Below are positions 53,870 through 64,000 of a stretch of 64,000 nucleotides of DNA, piece after piece. The position numbers were made by a program, and so were the translations under genes. Source of the stretch: Phoronis australis (Eukaryota; Animalia; Phoronida); contig NMRA01000073.1 of assembly GCA_002633005.1 (NCBI GenBank), positions 230,365 through 294,364 of the forward strand, given 5' to 3'. Under the pieces are notes generated by a model. It saw only the letters and a program-made list of their open reading frames with translations, was not told where the DNA came from and did not search any database. Within the stretch, counting starts at the first letter, position 1. The number at the start of each line of letters is the position of its first letter.

Positions 53870-54940
53870 CAATTCGTGCGCTAATTTTACGAATTATTTC
53901 TCCCATATGAACTACGAGATGAAAGTCAAGAAATCAAATTGAAATTGTTGCATTAAATTATGAAGAAAAAAATATTGAAATTAAAGGTGCTCTCAGCACG
54001 TGGTCCAAAAGATTTTTAACTCCCCTGGATAAAATAACAGATTAAATCACTAATGGTTTCAAAACTAGTTCAGGTATTTATCGCATTACCCTCCCCATTA
54101 AAGGACACAATTCAAATATTTTTTAATTTTGTATGGGACCACAAAAACGATAATATTATTCGAGCTACACTAATTCAAAAATTTCCGCGTGGGGGCTGTA
54201 TTATGATTCACAGTTTCGCAAATAAACGTATGTAATGAAGAGCTGTGGATAGACATTTTGTCCCAAAATAACCTTTAAAAACTTATCTAACTACTTGTGC
54301 TTCGGCAACGTGTTCAGTGAGGTATGGTCAATAATTTTTCAAAAGAGATATCCTCTCAAATGAAGAAGTAAGTTTCCTATAAACAGTGAAAACATTACCT
54401 ACGAGTCTTTGTAGTACCGCTCTACTATTTTGACAGGTAAGATATTTGTATAACATAAAGTAGTATGAGAAAAATATCAAATTCATTTACGACTTTCTAG
54501 ACTCGAGTGGGAATTACGGAACTTTTCGCAAAGTGCACGATTTTTCTCCACCCTTCACCGAATACCTTGGTCTAAGGAGGATTTTATGAACGTATTTAAA
54601 ACATAATGCCCTTCAAGTTTCTTTACTAATATTTCACAATCCAATTTTTCTGACATTTTGTTTTCCAAAAGCCACTAACCTTTATCTATGATTTTTGTAT
54701 TTAACCAGTTATATAAAAACCAAATTTTGAAACAAAATGGGGGGTATTGTTAAATGTGTAATTATCTCATCAGTGGTGGAGCAAAACTTACGTTTGGTTG
54801 TAGACTTAACATCTGACACGAAATTAAGGCGGTTTCAAACTCTATTGACGCATAGACTTTTACGTGCAAACACTTTTTGCATACAACAGGGAGTTAATAA
54901 CTTGCAGTTGCGTACCGTTTGTATAAAAAAACAGAGGGCA
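53870..54940 (+). mobile_element. Decayed Tx1/L1-type LINE ORF2, post-RT region
   Basis: WSKRFLTP..KI, KSLMVSKLVQVFIALPSP, FVW...IIRATLIQKFPRGG, DTKLRRFQ..LTHRLL; many frameshifts. Confidence 0.75.
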
Positions 54941-54999
54941 GCTTTCAAGACACGATAACTAATGATAAAAAACAAGACAGAACAATTCAAAGAAAGAAA

Positions 55000-57110
55000 A
55001 ATGAGATAGGCAAAAGAGTAAATTAGAAAAAGAAATAGAGAATTTAGAACAACGTGTTGGTAATAGAAATTTGAAGATGTAGAAAGGAAAAGGAGTGCTC
55101 TTCTAGAGATAAGGTCAGAGAAATTAAAAGGGTATTACGTCAGATCCAGGACAAAATGTATAGAGGAAGAGGAACACCCAACAATATATTTATACAGCGA
55201 ACTTAAGTATGAAATAGAATTGGGAAGTGGGGAAATAATTGCAGAACAAGAAAAGATATTACATGTTGTCGCGAATTTTGACGAAGAACTTTATGCTGTT
55301 AACAGTCAATACATGTACCTGCTTACACAAAATTTGAAAAAGATGGTTTCACAAACGAAATTTTCAAGTTTTCCTGGAAAGGTCTAGACTGTTTGTATTA
55401 AGACATGTGAATGTAAGGAATGAAAAATCAAACTGAGAAATACGCAAAAAACGGGGGTGGTAACTTTAATTACAAAGCCAGATAAGGCCAAAAAATTCAT
55501 AAGAAACCTGAAGACCAATAACATTGCTCAATAATGTTTACAAGTCGGCATCCAGATGTATTGCTGGGAATGGATTAATAATTTCCCCGCTTCAGACGGG
55601 ATTTATAAAAGGAAGATGTATGGGTGAAAACATGAGACTGACCTATAATATTATAACATCGTATTATTTAAAATGACTTATTCTTATTAAAATGACATAG
55701 GCAAAAATTGAATTTCGGGCCTCCAAAGCCAGGTCCCCTATATTGATATAGGGGCCTCGCCGAAAAGCGGCCGGAGAGCGGGTCTCCCTATGAGTGTCCC
55801 CGCCCGAAAAGCGAGGCCATCGTCTTTGATATAGGCAGCCCACTTGAAGGGGGCTACAAAGTCCATAGTCCGCCGAAGAGCGAAGTGCGTTACATTATTA
55901 GGATACCCAACATTAGTATAGGGGGCGCCACTGTTTGTCTACCTTTGGTCACGGCCCTAAAGTTCATCCATCTTCTCGTGGGGTTCGTAAAATTGCATAA
56001 TTGGCCCGCTTTTTGACAGGCTTTAGGTGAGGCTCCCTATCATAACACAAATATCTTAGTTCTTCAGTCGCCTTCGGGCTTGGACCCTGCAATCACATGA
56101 CAGAACATGAATCGGCACGTAGATCATAGCCAATGTCTTGAAGTCACCACCCAATGGACCACGAGCTTGAGTAAAAACCTCAAACGCAAGTTTGTGAATT
56201 CTATCAAGTTCAAGTGCTAGCAGTCACAGGGCTCAATTTGCTTTTCCAGCCAGAACACTGCTTGTGATGATAAAATGCCACACAAGGCAACAAAACATGT
56301 ATTAAACTTTGCAAAATATCACTTATTTCTGTGAAAAACGGTATATCATGGCTGTTGTTACAAATAGTTTTTGAAAAAGCTTTTGACTGCTTCAAAATAA
56401 ATGTTTTGGATGATTTTAATTTCAAGGACCCAGTTAAGACTTGGATTAAAGTTTGTTATAATTGTCCGGTGTCATACATGTCCAAAACCGTTTTCTGTCC
56501 AGAGGTTTTACTCTGCACAGGGGCTGTAGACGAGGTGATTCTCTGTCTCCATATGTTTTAATTTTATGTGCTGAAATATTAGCTACGATGACGAAAGATG
56601 ACAGCAAAATTAAATACATTCAAATTGGAAATAATGAATTTATACTCAGTATGCTGATGACAAAACTTTTTTTCTTAGATGGTTCTCGGCGTAGTTTGGA
56701 AGATATTATGTTAGTGCTGAGTAAATATACAGAAATGTCTGTTTGAGAGTAAATTATCGCAAAACAATTGTTATTTGGATTGGCAGTAAACAAAGATGTT
56801 TTCCATCATGCAAGATGAAAGTTATTATGAAGCATAACAGAATTTAAGAATCAATTTCAGTGTTAATTTAGAAAAAAAACTAAATTGCGAGCATTGATGG
56901 AATCAATAATGTTATAAAAATTTGTCTTGAAGAAACATCTCCTTTTTTAGGAAAGTTACGGTGGTAAAGACCTTGAGTGTGCCAAAAATTATTCACATAA
57001 TGACAACCCTGCCTACCTCATCAGACATTATTATGAATGAATGGCAAGCAAAAATTTTAAAGTTTATTTGGAGTAACAAAGATGAGAGAGTGAAGACAGA
57101 TGTATTAATT
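55000..57110 (+). mobile_element. Decayed Tx1/L1-type LINE ORF2, linker and RT region, interrupted at 55662
   Basis: KGYYVRSRTK, GVVTLITKPDK, PITLLNNVYK, QTGFIKGR..GENMR, FEKAFD, RGCRRGDSLSPY, frameshifted QYADD, GKVTVVKTL. Confidence 0.85.
55662..56320. mobile_element. Insertion of the TATTATTTAAAATG family inside the Tx1-type LINE
   Basis: First ~130 bp match 22614 onward; LINE coding similarity stops at 55661 and resumes at ~56325; right end not identified. Confidence 0.65.
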
Positions 57111-58279
57111 TTAATTAATAAGTTTTTAAAAATATATGTGATAATATGAAAATTTTGATAGGAGAATTACGCAGTTGGGTGTTGTCTGTAAAAGTATCAA
57201 TTTGCCTCGTAGCTGGTCTTGTCATTGTAGGTGTTGCACGCGGATCGGAGACGATTGTTCAGTGCCGACGGCTGGGTCGCGGAGCTTCGGTAGCCAGTTT
57301 CGTTGAACACTGTCCTGAAAAAACCTCAGACCCCACAGCATCAAATATGTACAATACGGGCAGTATAAGACAAATGAATTTTAATGTCGGCAAACATTAG
57401 CTTAACAAAATATTAGCCGGTCAATGAACATGTTATCGGTTTTCGCCAACGGAGTTTCGTTCTTGAGTGTTTTATGAATAATTTTGATTGTGTACAATGA
57501 AACACTGGTATCCGATATAGACTCATAAAACTTCAAATCTCCGCGAGTAGCAGCTCTGTCATCTTTCGGATCCTTCTCATAAGTTCGATACGTGGACAAA
57601 TCCTGTTTAGAGCTTTTAAAATCAATGAGTTATTCATGATTTGTTTTTTCTCTAAGGCATATCTAGGATCCGGGAGCAAGAGGTCAAATTCGCTGCATTA
57701 GTTACCTGGCCTGTAGAATGCAACCGAGCGATGGGCTCAACGTTTGTTGGAAAATACTAACTAGAGGAATGCAGCATCGGTACTGGTGGGCCGGGAACAG
57801 TTACAATAAAACTGACTGAGAAAAATGAATGCACTGAGAATCATGTGTTATGGACGTCTCCTCTTACATGTACATGACATCAAGAAAATAGGAATTAACG
57901 CGTTTTAATTGATAGTGTGCTCGCCTCTGGGAAGTGGTATAATTCACCGTTTGAGTAGATAGAGTCACACGAAAATTGCCTTAACATTTCTGAATCTATG
58001 GTTACGTCATTCTTACGTATGGCTTTTAGATCAAACATGCCTGATGGCTTTTCAAAATGTACGTCGTTAGAAGAATTTGCTTCTGATTCAAGGCGCTTCG
58101 CGTAATCATCGGACCCTACTAGGTCCCAGGGTGTTTGCGCATATGGAAAGATCGTGCAGACGATTAGAAGAGGCTTTACGTCATTCATTGGCATTGAGCA
58201 TGCGTGGTTCAGTACTACACCATTATCGTCAATATTATCGTTGGCCAGATGGGTAAACGTTACGCCCCTAAATTACGTG

Positions 58280-58520
58280 CGTAAGTCAATTCTTCTTAGA
58301 GGCGTAAAGTAATTACTTACGGCGTAAAGAAATTATTTGCAGCGTAAATTAATAATGACGTAAAGTAATTATTACATTACGGCGAAAACTTAGTATTTGC
58401 GGCACTTAAAGTTACTTTAAACCACAAATACTTATTTTACGCTGCAAATAATTACTTTACGCCGTAAATGGTTACTTTACGCCACAACTAATTACGCCGC
58501 TAACAAGAATTATCTTACAG
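58280..58520. repeat. Foldback made of ~18-bp subrepeats
   Basis: GGCGTAAAGTAATTA-type units on the left, TAATTACTTTACGCC-type units on the right. Confidence 0.75.
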
Positions 58521-58624
58521 CAGAAAATATGATTGTTATCTGCCATTATAGTATACTTGCTAACTTAGTGTGGTAAGGTGCAGGCATTTCAGATTTCGAA
58601 TTGAAGGTGATTGTCAAATGATTG

Positions 58625-58761
58625 CACGGGCGGATCCAGGATTTTGAGATACATGTAGGAGGGCCAGGACAGAGTATTGGCCAAGATATTGCCCGTCAGG
58701 CATTCGCACCCCTGAACTGCCAAAGAAATCTGTGAGAATTTTAGGGGGGCCATGGCCACTG
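58625..58761. mobile_element. Short MITE with perfect 5-bp TSD
   Basis: GATTG|CACGGGCGGATCC...GGCCACTG|GATTG. Confidence 0.8.
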
Positions 58762-59119
58762 GATTGTTGCTCATCCAATGTCCACTTTGATTGTGGATTG
58801 GTGGATTGACATGCATGCAAGTGAACACGTGAGTGCGTTTCCATTCTTTTAAATCCATTACACGCCTACGGTAAGTTCACTATAGGCAGTCCTCTATCGT
58901 TGCTCAAACAAAAATCAGACATTTTACTACCGTGTGTTCTTGCACTGGGGAAACGAGCATGTTCACAGTATAAGGGAAAAGCAGGTCTAGACCTAATAAA
59001 ACTTTGGTCAAAGAAGAAAGTGTTCACTTGGCAATCAGTGGCAATGGTGCACAGCCTCGCAGACTTTATACGAGCATCAAACTTGATGGAAAAGATTTCC
59101 AAGGTCACGTGTCACTATT

Positions 59120-60436
59120 ACGAAGGTTCACTACTCCGAAGGTTCATTACTCGGACTGTCTGCTATCGAGTCGAAACTGAAATGAATGAAATATTATATT
59201 TGTGCCCATTTAGTAACCATTTAAAAGGTATGCAAGAGTTGAATAGTTCTTAAAGCATTGATTACATTGTTTACAAATGAGCTCATTTCCAGTCACTGTC
59301 AATTGAGCCTAACTAGCGACTCATTCTCAAGCAAGAACAAGACCTGGGGCACGGGTCAGGGTTGCGACGACCAACGGCGGTTCTAAATTTAAGAAAACTG
59401 AATGGGATTCTCTGACTTTGTGAAGACTGGAAGGGACAAAATAACCTTCTAACTATATATTTAGTTTAGACCGGCCGTGAGCGCACTTCCGTCGAGTGAC
59501 GTAATAATTCATCAATGTCCTTACTTCGTATTCGTTTAAAAGGATAACCCTGTGATGATTTCCACCAATCCTCGTTCTGTCACCTGCTAATGCATCACTG
59601 CGTCAATCTTCCAAGTTAAAAGTATATTTAACCCGGTTTTGTCCTATTGATAGATACTAAAAACGACTTTCCCATCCAGTTCTATAAAACAAAATAATGC
59701 TCTTTAACGGCTCGACAACCCTCTAAAATTTTGAGGAAACTTTGAAAACTCCTTGAAAATTCTGCTAAAGAGGCAAGCGTGATTTACAGTTTTAGCGAGT
59801 TACGCGGCATTTGTGGGAAAATACCACCCACCAAGGACCGTAATGTCCAATTCGTGAGGTATTGGGTATGCATTCTTAGTTGATTCCTGCTTTACATTTT
59901 AAGATTGACGCCAGTGATGCATCAGCAAGTGAGAGAACGAGGATTGGTTGAAATCATCAAAATACGGTTTAGAATCCTTATTAAGGAAGAAATCAAGTGA
60001 AAATTTATAACCCAATGTCAAAGTTTGGACAATATTGTCCTTAGTGGGTGGACTTTTCCCACAGTTGCGTGTAAGTCGCACAAAGCTTTCTTCGCTCTTC
60101 CGTTTAGCAAACTCTGTAAGGAGTTTTCAAAATTTTCAGCAAACTTTTGAGGGTTGTCAATGGTTACAGAGTATTATTTTGTTTCAAAGAACTGGATGGG
60201 AAAGTAATTTTTAGAATCTGTCAATCGGCCAAATCCGGGTTTTTAAAAATGCAAGAGCTATTTAGTTTTTCGTATAGAATAAACTTGCTGGTAATTTCGT
60301 ATACGCATGAAATCAATAGGACCCGGACTTTGTTTTCGGTATAGGTACACCACTCAGCGCATCCAATAACCGAAATATCGTTTACTTTTGCATTAGATAT
60401 GTTTGAAGTAGTGAACCTTCGGAGTAGTGAACCTTT
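59120..60436. mobile_element. TIR element with 16-bp terminal subrepeats, enclosing a long inverted repeat
   Basis: AAGGTTCACTACTCCGAAGGTTCA at ~59123 and its reverse complement at ~60411-60434. Confidence 0.55.
59628..60243. repeat. Diverged inverted repeat, ~250-bp arms and ~130-bp spacer
   Basis: e.g. ACTTTCCCATCCAGTTCT (59667) vs AGAACTGGATGGGAAAGT (60188); CCACCCACCAAGGAC vs GTCCTTAGTGGGTGG. Confidence 0.8.
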
Positions 60437-60992
60437 AGAATAGAGGGCTGTTCCCTTTTCCAGCGATGTAAGTAACACGCAAAAATACAACCAGATAAAA
60501 ATTTCAAGTCATTCTCAAACTAAAAATTACGTCCCAGTATGTGTTTAAGCACGCCTGATTTGAAAGTTTGGCGGAAGGTAACGCGAGAACGTTCTCCTTC
60601 TGGACCACATTGCGACATATCCGAATTTGAGTCCCATTCTTTACGAGCAACTGTTGCCGCGGCATCCTCATTTGCGTCTCATCTCAGGAACATAGAGCTG
60701 AGAGTCATCGTTGCGTATACAGATTTCCCTTCCCTCTAATTAAGCTGCGTCAGGGGCCTTACTGAAACTATACGGGGTCGATCTGCAAAATATCAAAGGT
60801 CCACCGTTCCAGAAATTCGAACCAACCCTTGCGCAATGCTGGCTACGGGCCTGCATTGTTGCTTAACGATCAAGTTCACGTTAACATTTCGCAAACCAAA
60901 CAAAAAGGACGCGGCTGCAGCTAGTTGTATGTAACCCTCGTTTGTTTCAGGGGCATCGCGCGCGACATACTTATGAGCCACCTGTCACTTAA

Positions 60993-61370
60993 AGGAGAAT
61001 GCCACCCGATTTAATTAGTCTTTTTTGCCGTCCTAACCGGTCTATATCCACATCGCTTCGCAAACGGTCGACCTTACCTTGCCGAGAGAGGTCGCGTTAA
61101 CTGTGAGGAAGGTGAGAAACGACGCACCGACGTCAGTGGTTTGCAGAGTGAATGCCGCGGTGCATCATTCCCGCTTGTCCAAAATATGCAGCTGCGAGGA
61201 AAGCGGTATATCGTTTTTCGACTTTCTCGTGAGTTCGAAATGCTTAGGAAGTGGCTTGCAGTAGTGAAGAATGAAAGCTACGCTGTAAATAGCAAGTATG
61301 ATGCCGTGTAACATCTCGTGTCTGTGGCCTGCAGTCGTCGACAGTGCCTGAAAAATGCGGGTTTACCAAA
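60993..61370 (+). mobile_element. Left-end fragment of the Kolobok-like family at 20299
   Basis: TTAA|AGGAGAATGCCACCCGATTTAATTAG..., colinear with 20299-20700; no right TIR found. Confidence 0.8.
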
Positions 61371-61972
61371 TAACTATCCATACGTTCCATTGTCTGAGCT
61401 TGTTCACGGCGACTCTTTAGTAATTCAGTGTATTCCGGTTCGAACTGATAGCCTGTGAAACTTAACAATCCACCTGCGGAGTCTTTGTACGGATGAGCTC
61501 TCGTCTAAGTCGGGATTGCGAGTTGCCATGTTGACATTTATTACTGAGCCTTCTGTTTCAAAATGAATGATTCTCACCCTGACGAATACTTATATAAAAC
61601 TGAAACAAAGTCTCTTAAGAAACGAGTTTGTTTATAGAAAACCAATTACAAGAATTGAGAATTCATCCAAATCTCAACATGATAATAAAAAAGAATGTTG
61701 TCTAGAAGTATCCACCATCTGAATCTGAGTTAAGGAAAATATTTTTGTATTATTACTTCTCAACTCCATCTTGGTGAACACCTCATTTCACTCATTTAAG
61801 GATATTATACAAAGCTCCCCGTTTAGAGAAGCGAAATGTTGTTTTTTGTAAATGCTTCCGAGTAAGTTCGAATGTACTGTTACTCCTAAAATTGAACTAC
61901 GCTGTTACTTGCGATTGATTAAATCTACTAACGGGGAAGAGAAAACTGTACAATCTGAGTGTAGACATGTCC

Positions 61973-62137
61973 CAGTGGCTGATTTAGAGGGAGGGGCAAG
62001 GGGGCCATGGCCTCCCCTAAAACTCTCCAAGATTTCATTGGGTAGTTCGGGAGTGCCAATGTCTGACAGACAAAATTCTGGTTAATACTCTGCCCTGGCT
62101 CCCACCCCCCTAACTCAAATTCCTGAATCCGCTTGTG
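61973..62137. mobile_element. Short MITE of the CAGTGGCGGAT family
   Basis: TGTCC|CAGTGGCTGATTTAG...ATCCGCTTGTG|GGTCC (4/5 TSD match). Confidence 0.75.
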
Positions 62138-63953
62138 GGTCCTACGTATTAATGTTTTCTGGAGTATCCTTAATTGATACCAGTTACTTATTTCTCTGTT
62201 ATCGGGAGTTCTGAGTTTCAGCTATGACGCTGCATCGTGTGGCGTACGAACTTGAATTCAAAAAGAAGTTTAACACAATTGGAATAGATGGCCTTTGCAC
62301 AGTAAGAAACCAAACTAAGTTTACAAAATAATGTTCTGTTATGGCCCCAGCTATGATTATGGTATTTTTAAAACATCTTTTTGCTATTAAATTTCTCTTA
62401 CTTGTGCTTCATTCTATCAGGGGGAAATTAAGAGTCATATTTACAAGTATAAAACACTGCCAACTGAAATAGTGTCTAAACTTAGCTGAAAGTAGTGCTT
62501 TACCTGCTGGTATTGTTTGGTCTTAACGAACACGCAAAGTTGTACTTATTGTTGCCAAGTCTACAGTGTAAATATCTACCCAATAGCCCATTATTATGAA
62601 AGTCAATGCAAGCAAACTAGAGACAGCTATACCAAATCAGATAAGAGATAAATAGCCCCAGTGTTTATCCTGAGCGCCTGTCCTTCATGCACATTTCATG
62701 CCACAATAATCCTCGAAAATATTTAAATTTGACTTCCGAACATCATATCTGAGAAATTGTTGATAGGATTAAAAACATTTCGATACCATGATTTATGCTG
62801 TGTATTGTTTTTGAAAATTTGGATATTGCACAAGATGCTATAAAAATTGCAACATTATATGGAAAAAAATATTTTAGTTTCAATAAACTACTCAAAAATG
62901 TATGTCATAGCGTAGCTGACCATTTATATGGCACAACCCGTGTTGATGTTGAAAAACATTTTGTAAGTTTGAGTATGGTTATTACAGGTTACGTTTTAAA
63001 TATAAAACAACATGAATAAAAGGAGTTTGATGGGGGAAATGCTTCTAAATTGAAACAAAACTATACAAGCACGGATGCAGAAATAAAACACGTTCACATG
63101 CTCCATAAAGTGAGTTTTCTTTCTAATTGATAACAAGGTTGGCGAAAATAAGTCACAAATCGGTGTAAATCAATGCCTTTCCCTTATGAATGAGTTACAG
63201 AGGTAGACATAACAACAGACTGTCCGGTTTTAGTATTTGCAAGAGTTATTTTAATATCTTTTCTGTTAATATACTTAAAATTATTCACAGTGACATTTTG
63301 AAAAATTAAAGGTGCATTTCGCCCTATTAAACTGGCTGTTTCAGATCATTTCATTGAATCACGAAGCTAAATGTTTATAAGTTTTGCAAGCATAATATTC
63401 TGACCTGTTGTCAAGTTCCTGATGTACTGCTGTTATACATTAGCCTGGGTTGAGTTCAGAAGCTGTCCGGCGGCGAGAAAAATGTAGACAAAATCACTTG
63501 CTCTCATTTAAAACACACGTCAATATTTCTCAGAATCTCGCGAGGTCTTGCTTTTCTGGCGAGGTCCCAGCGTTATTTAACTCTACCCAGTAATCGCTGG
63601 AATATGCCGGCTTATTTTGACAGTCAAACGACTTTCTGTTCTGATTGAATTTAGCACACGTGCAGGTATGAACCCGCTCCGAGGAGTAATTTGAGGCTGT
63701 TTCAGAGGTGTCCCAGACAATGCCGGGGGTACCCTTATCTTTGCAATCCCTAACCGGACACTAAACTGACTCATTCACGTTCTGTTGCGCTTTAATCAGT
63801 ACCAACTACATCAGTTAAAAACTCTTGCGTTCTCCTAGCGTTTGACACAATTAGTTTAAAATGATCTTAAACAACGTTAGACTTCAAAAAGAATTAAGTT
63901 GAAATCAAAAAGGCGAAATTTGCTCCCAATGTTCTTCGTTCACTGATAAAACC

Positions 63954-64000
63954 CAGTGGCGGATCTACGTTTTCAGCAAGGGGGGGTTTAGGATTCCCGC
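63954..64000. mobile_element. Left end of another CAGTGGCGGATC element, cut by the window edge
   Basis: CAGTGGCGGATCTA followed by a G-run. Confidence 0.55.

Overview
AT-rich, intron-containing animal DNA, most consistent with a marine invertebrate; the taxon cannot be fixed from sequence. The ORF track is largely misleading because the real genes are spliced. Two minus-strand genes were assembled by hand from GT-AG junctions. (1) The 5' part of a phosphotriesterase-related gene (PTER), which runs off the left edge. (2) A ~41-kb, ~28-coding-exon gene (46836->6143) predicted to encode a ~1,840-aa secreted mosaic lectin: signal peptide, FN2-like module, 2 C-type lectin domains, 3 Sushi/CCP domains, 9 tandem divergent F-type lectin (FTLD) domains and a short Cys-rich tail. 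Eight FTLDs are split into symmetric phase-1 half-domain exons and one is intronless. None keeps the complete fucose-binding motif. Introns and the right 16 kb are filled with transposon relics: a CR1-group LINE nested in an RTE-X-like LINE with a TSD, decayed Tx1/L1-type LINEs, Kolobok-type elements (one with a THAP remnant), a Helentron-associated element, a 5-bp-TSD MITE family, an IS3EU-like MITE, foldbacks, tRNA-derived SINE heads and minisatellites. All gene models are manual predictions with no transcript evidence.
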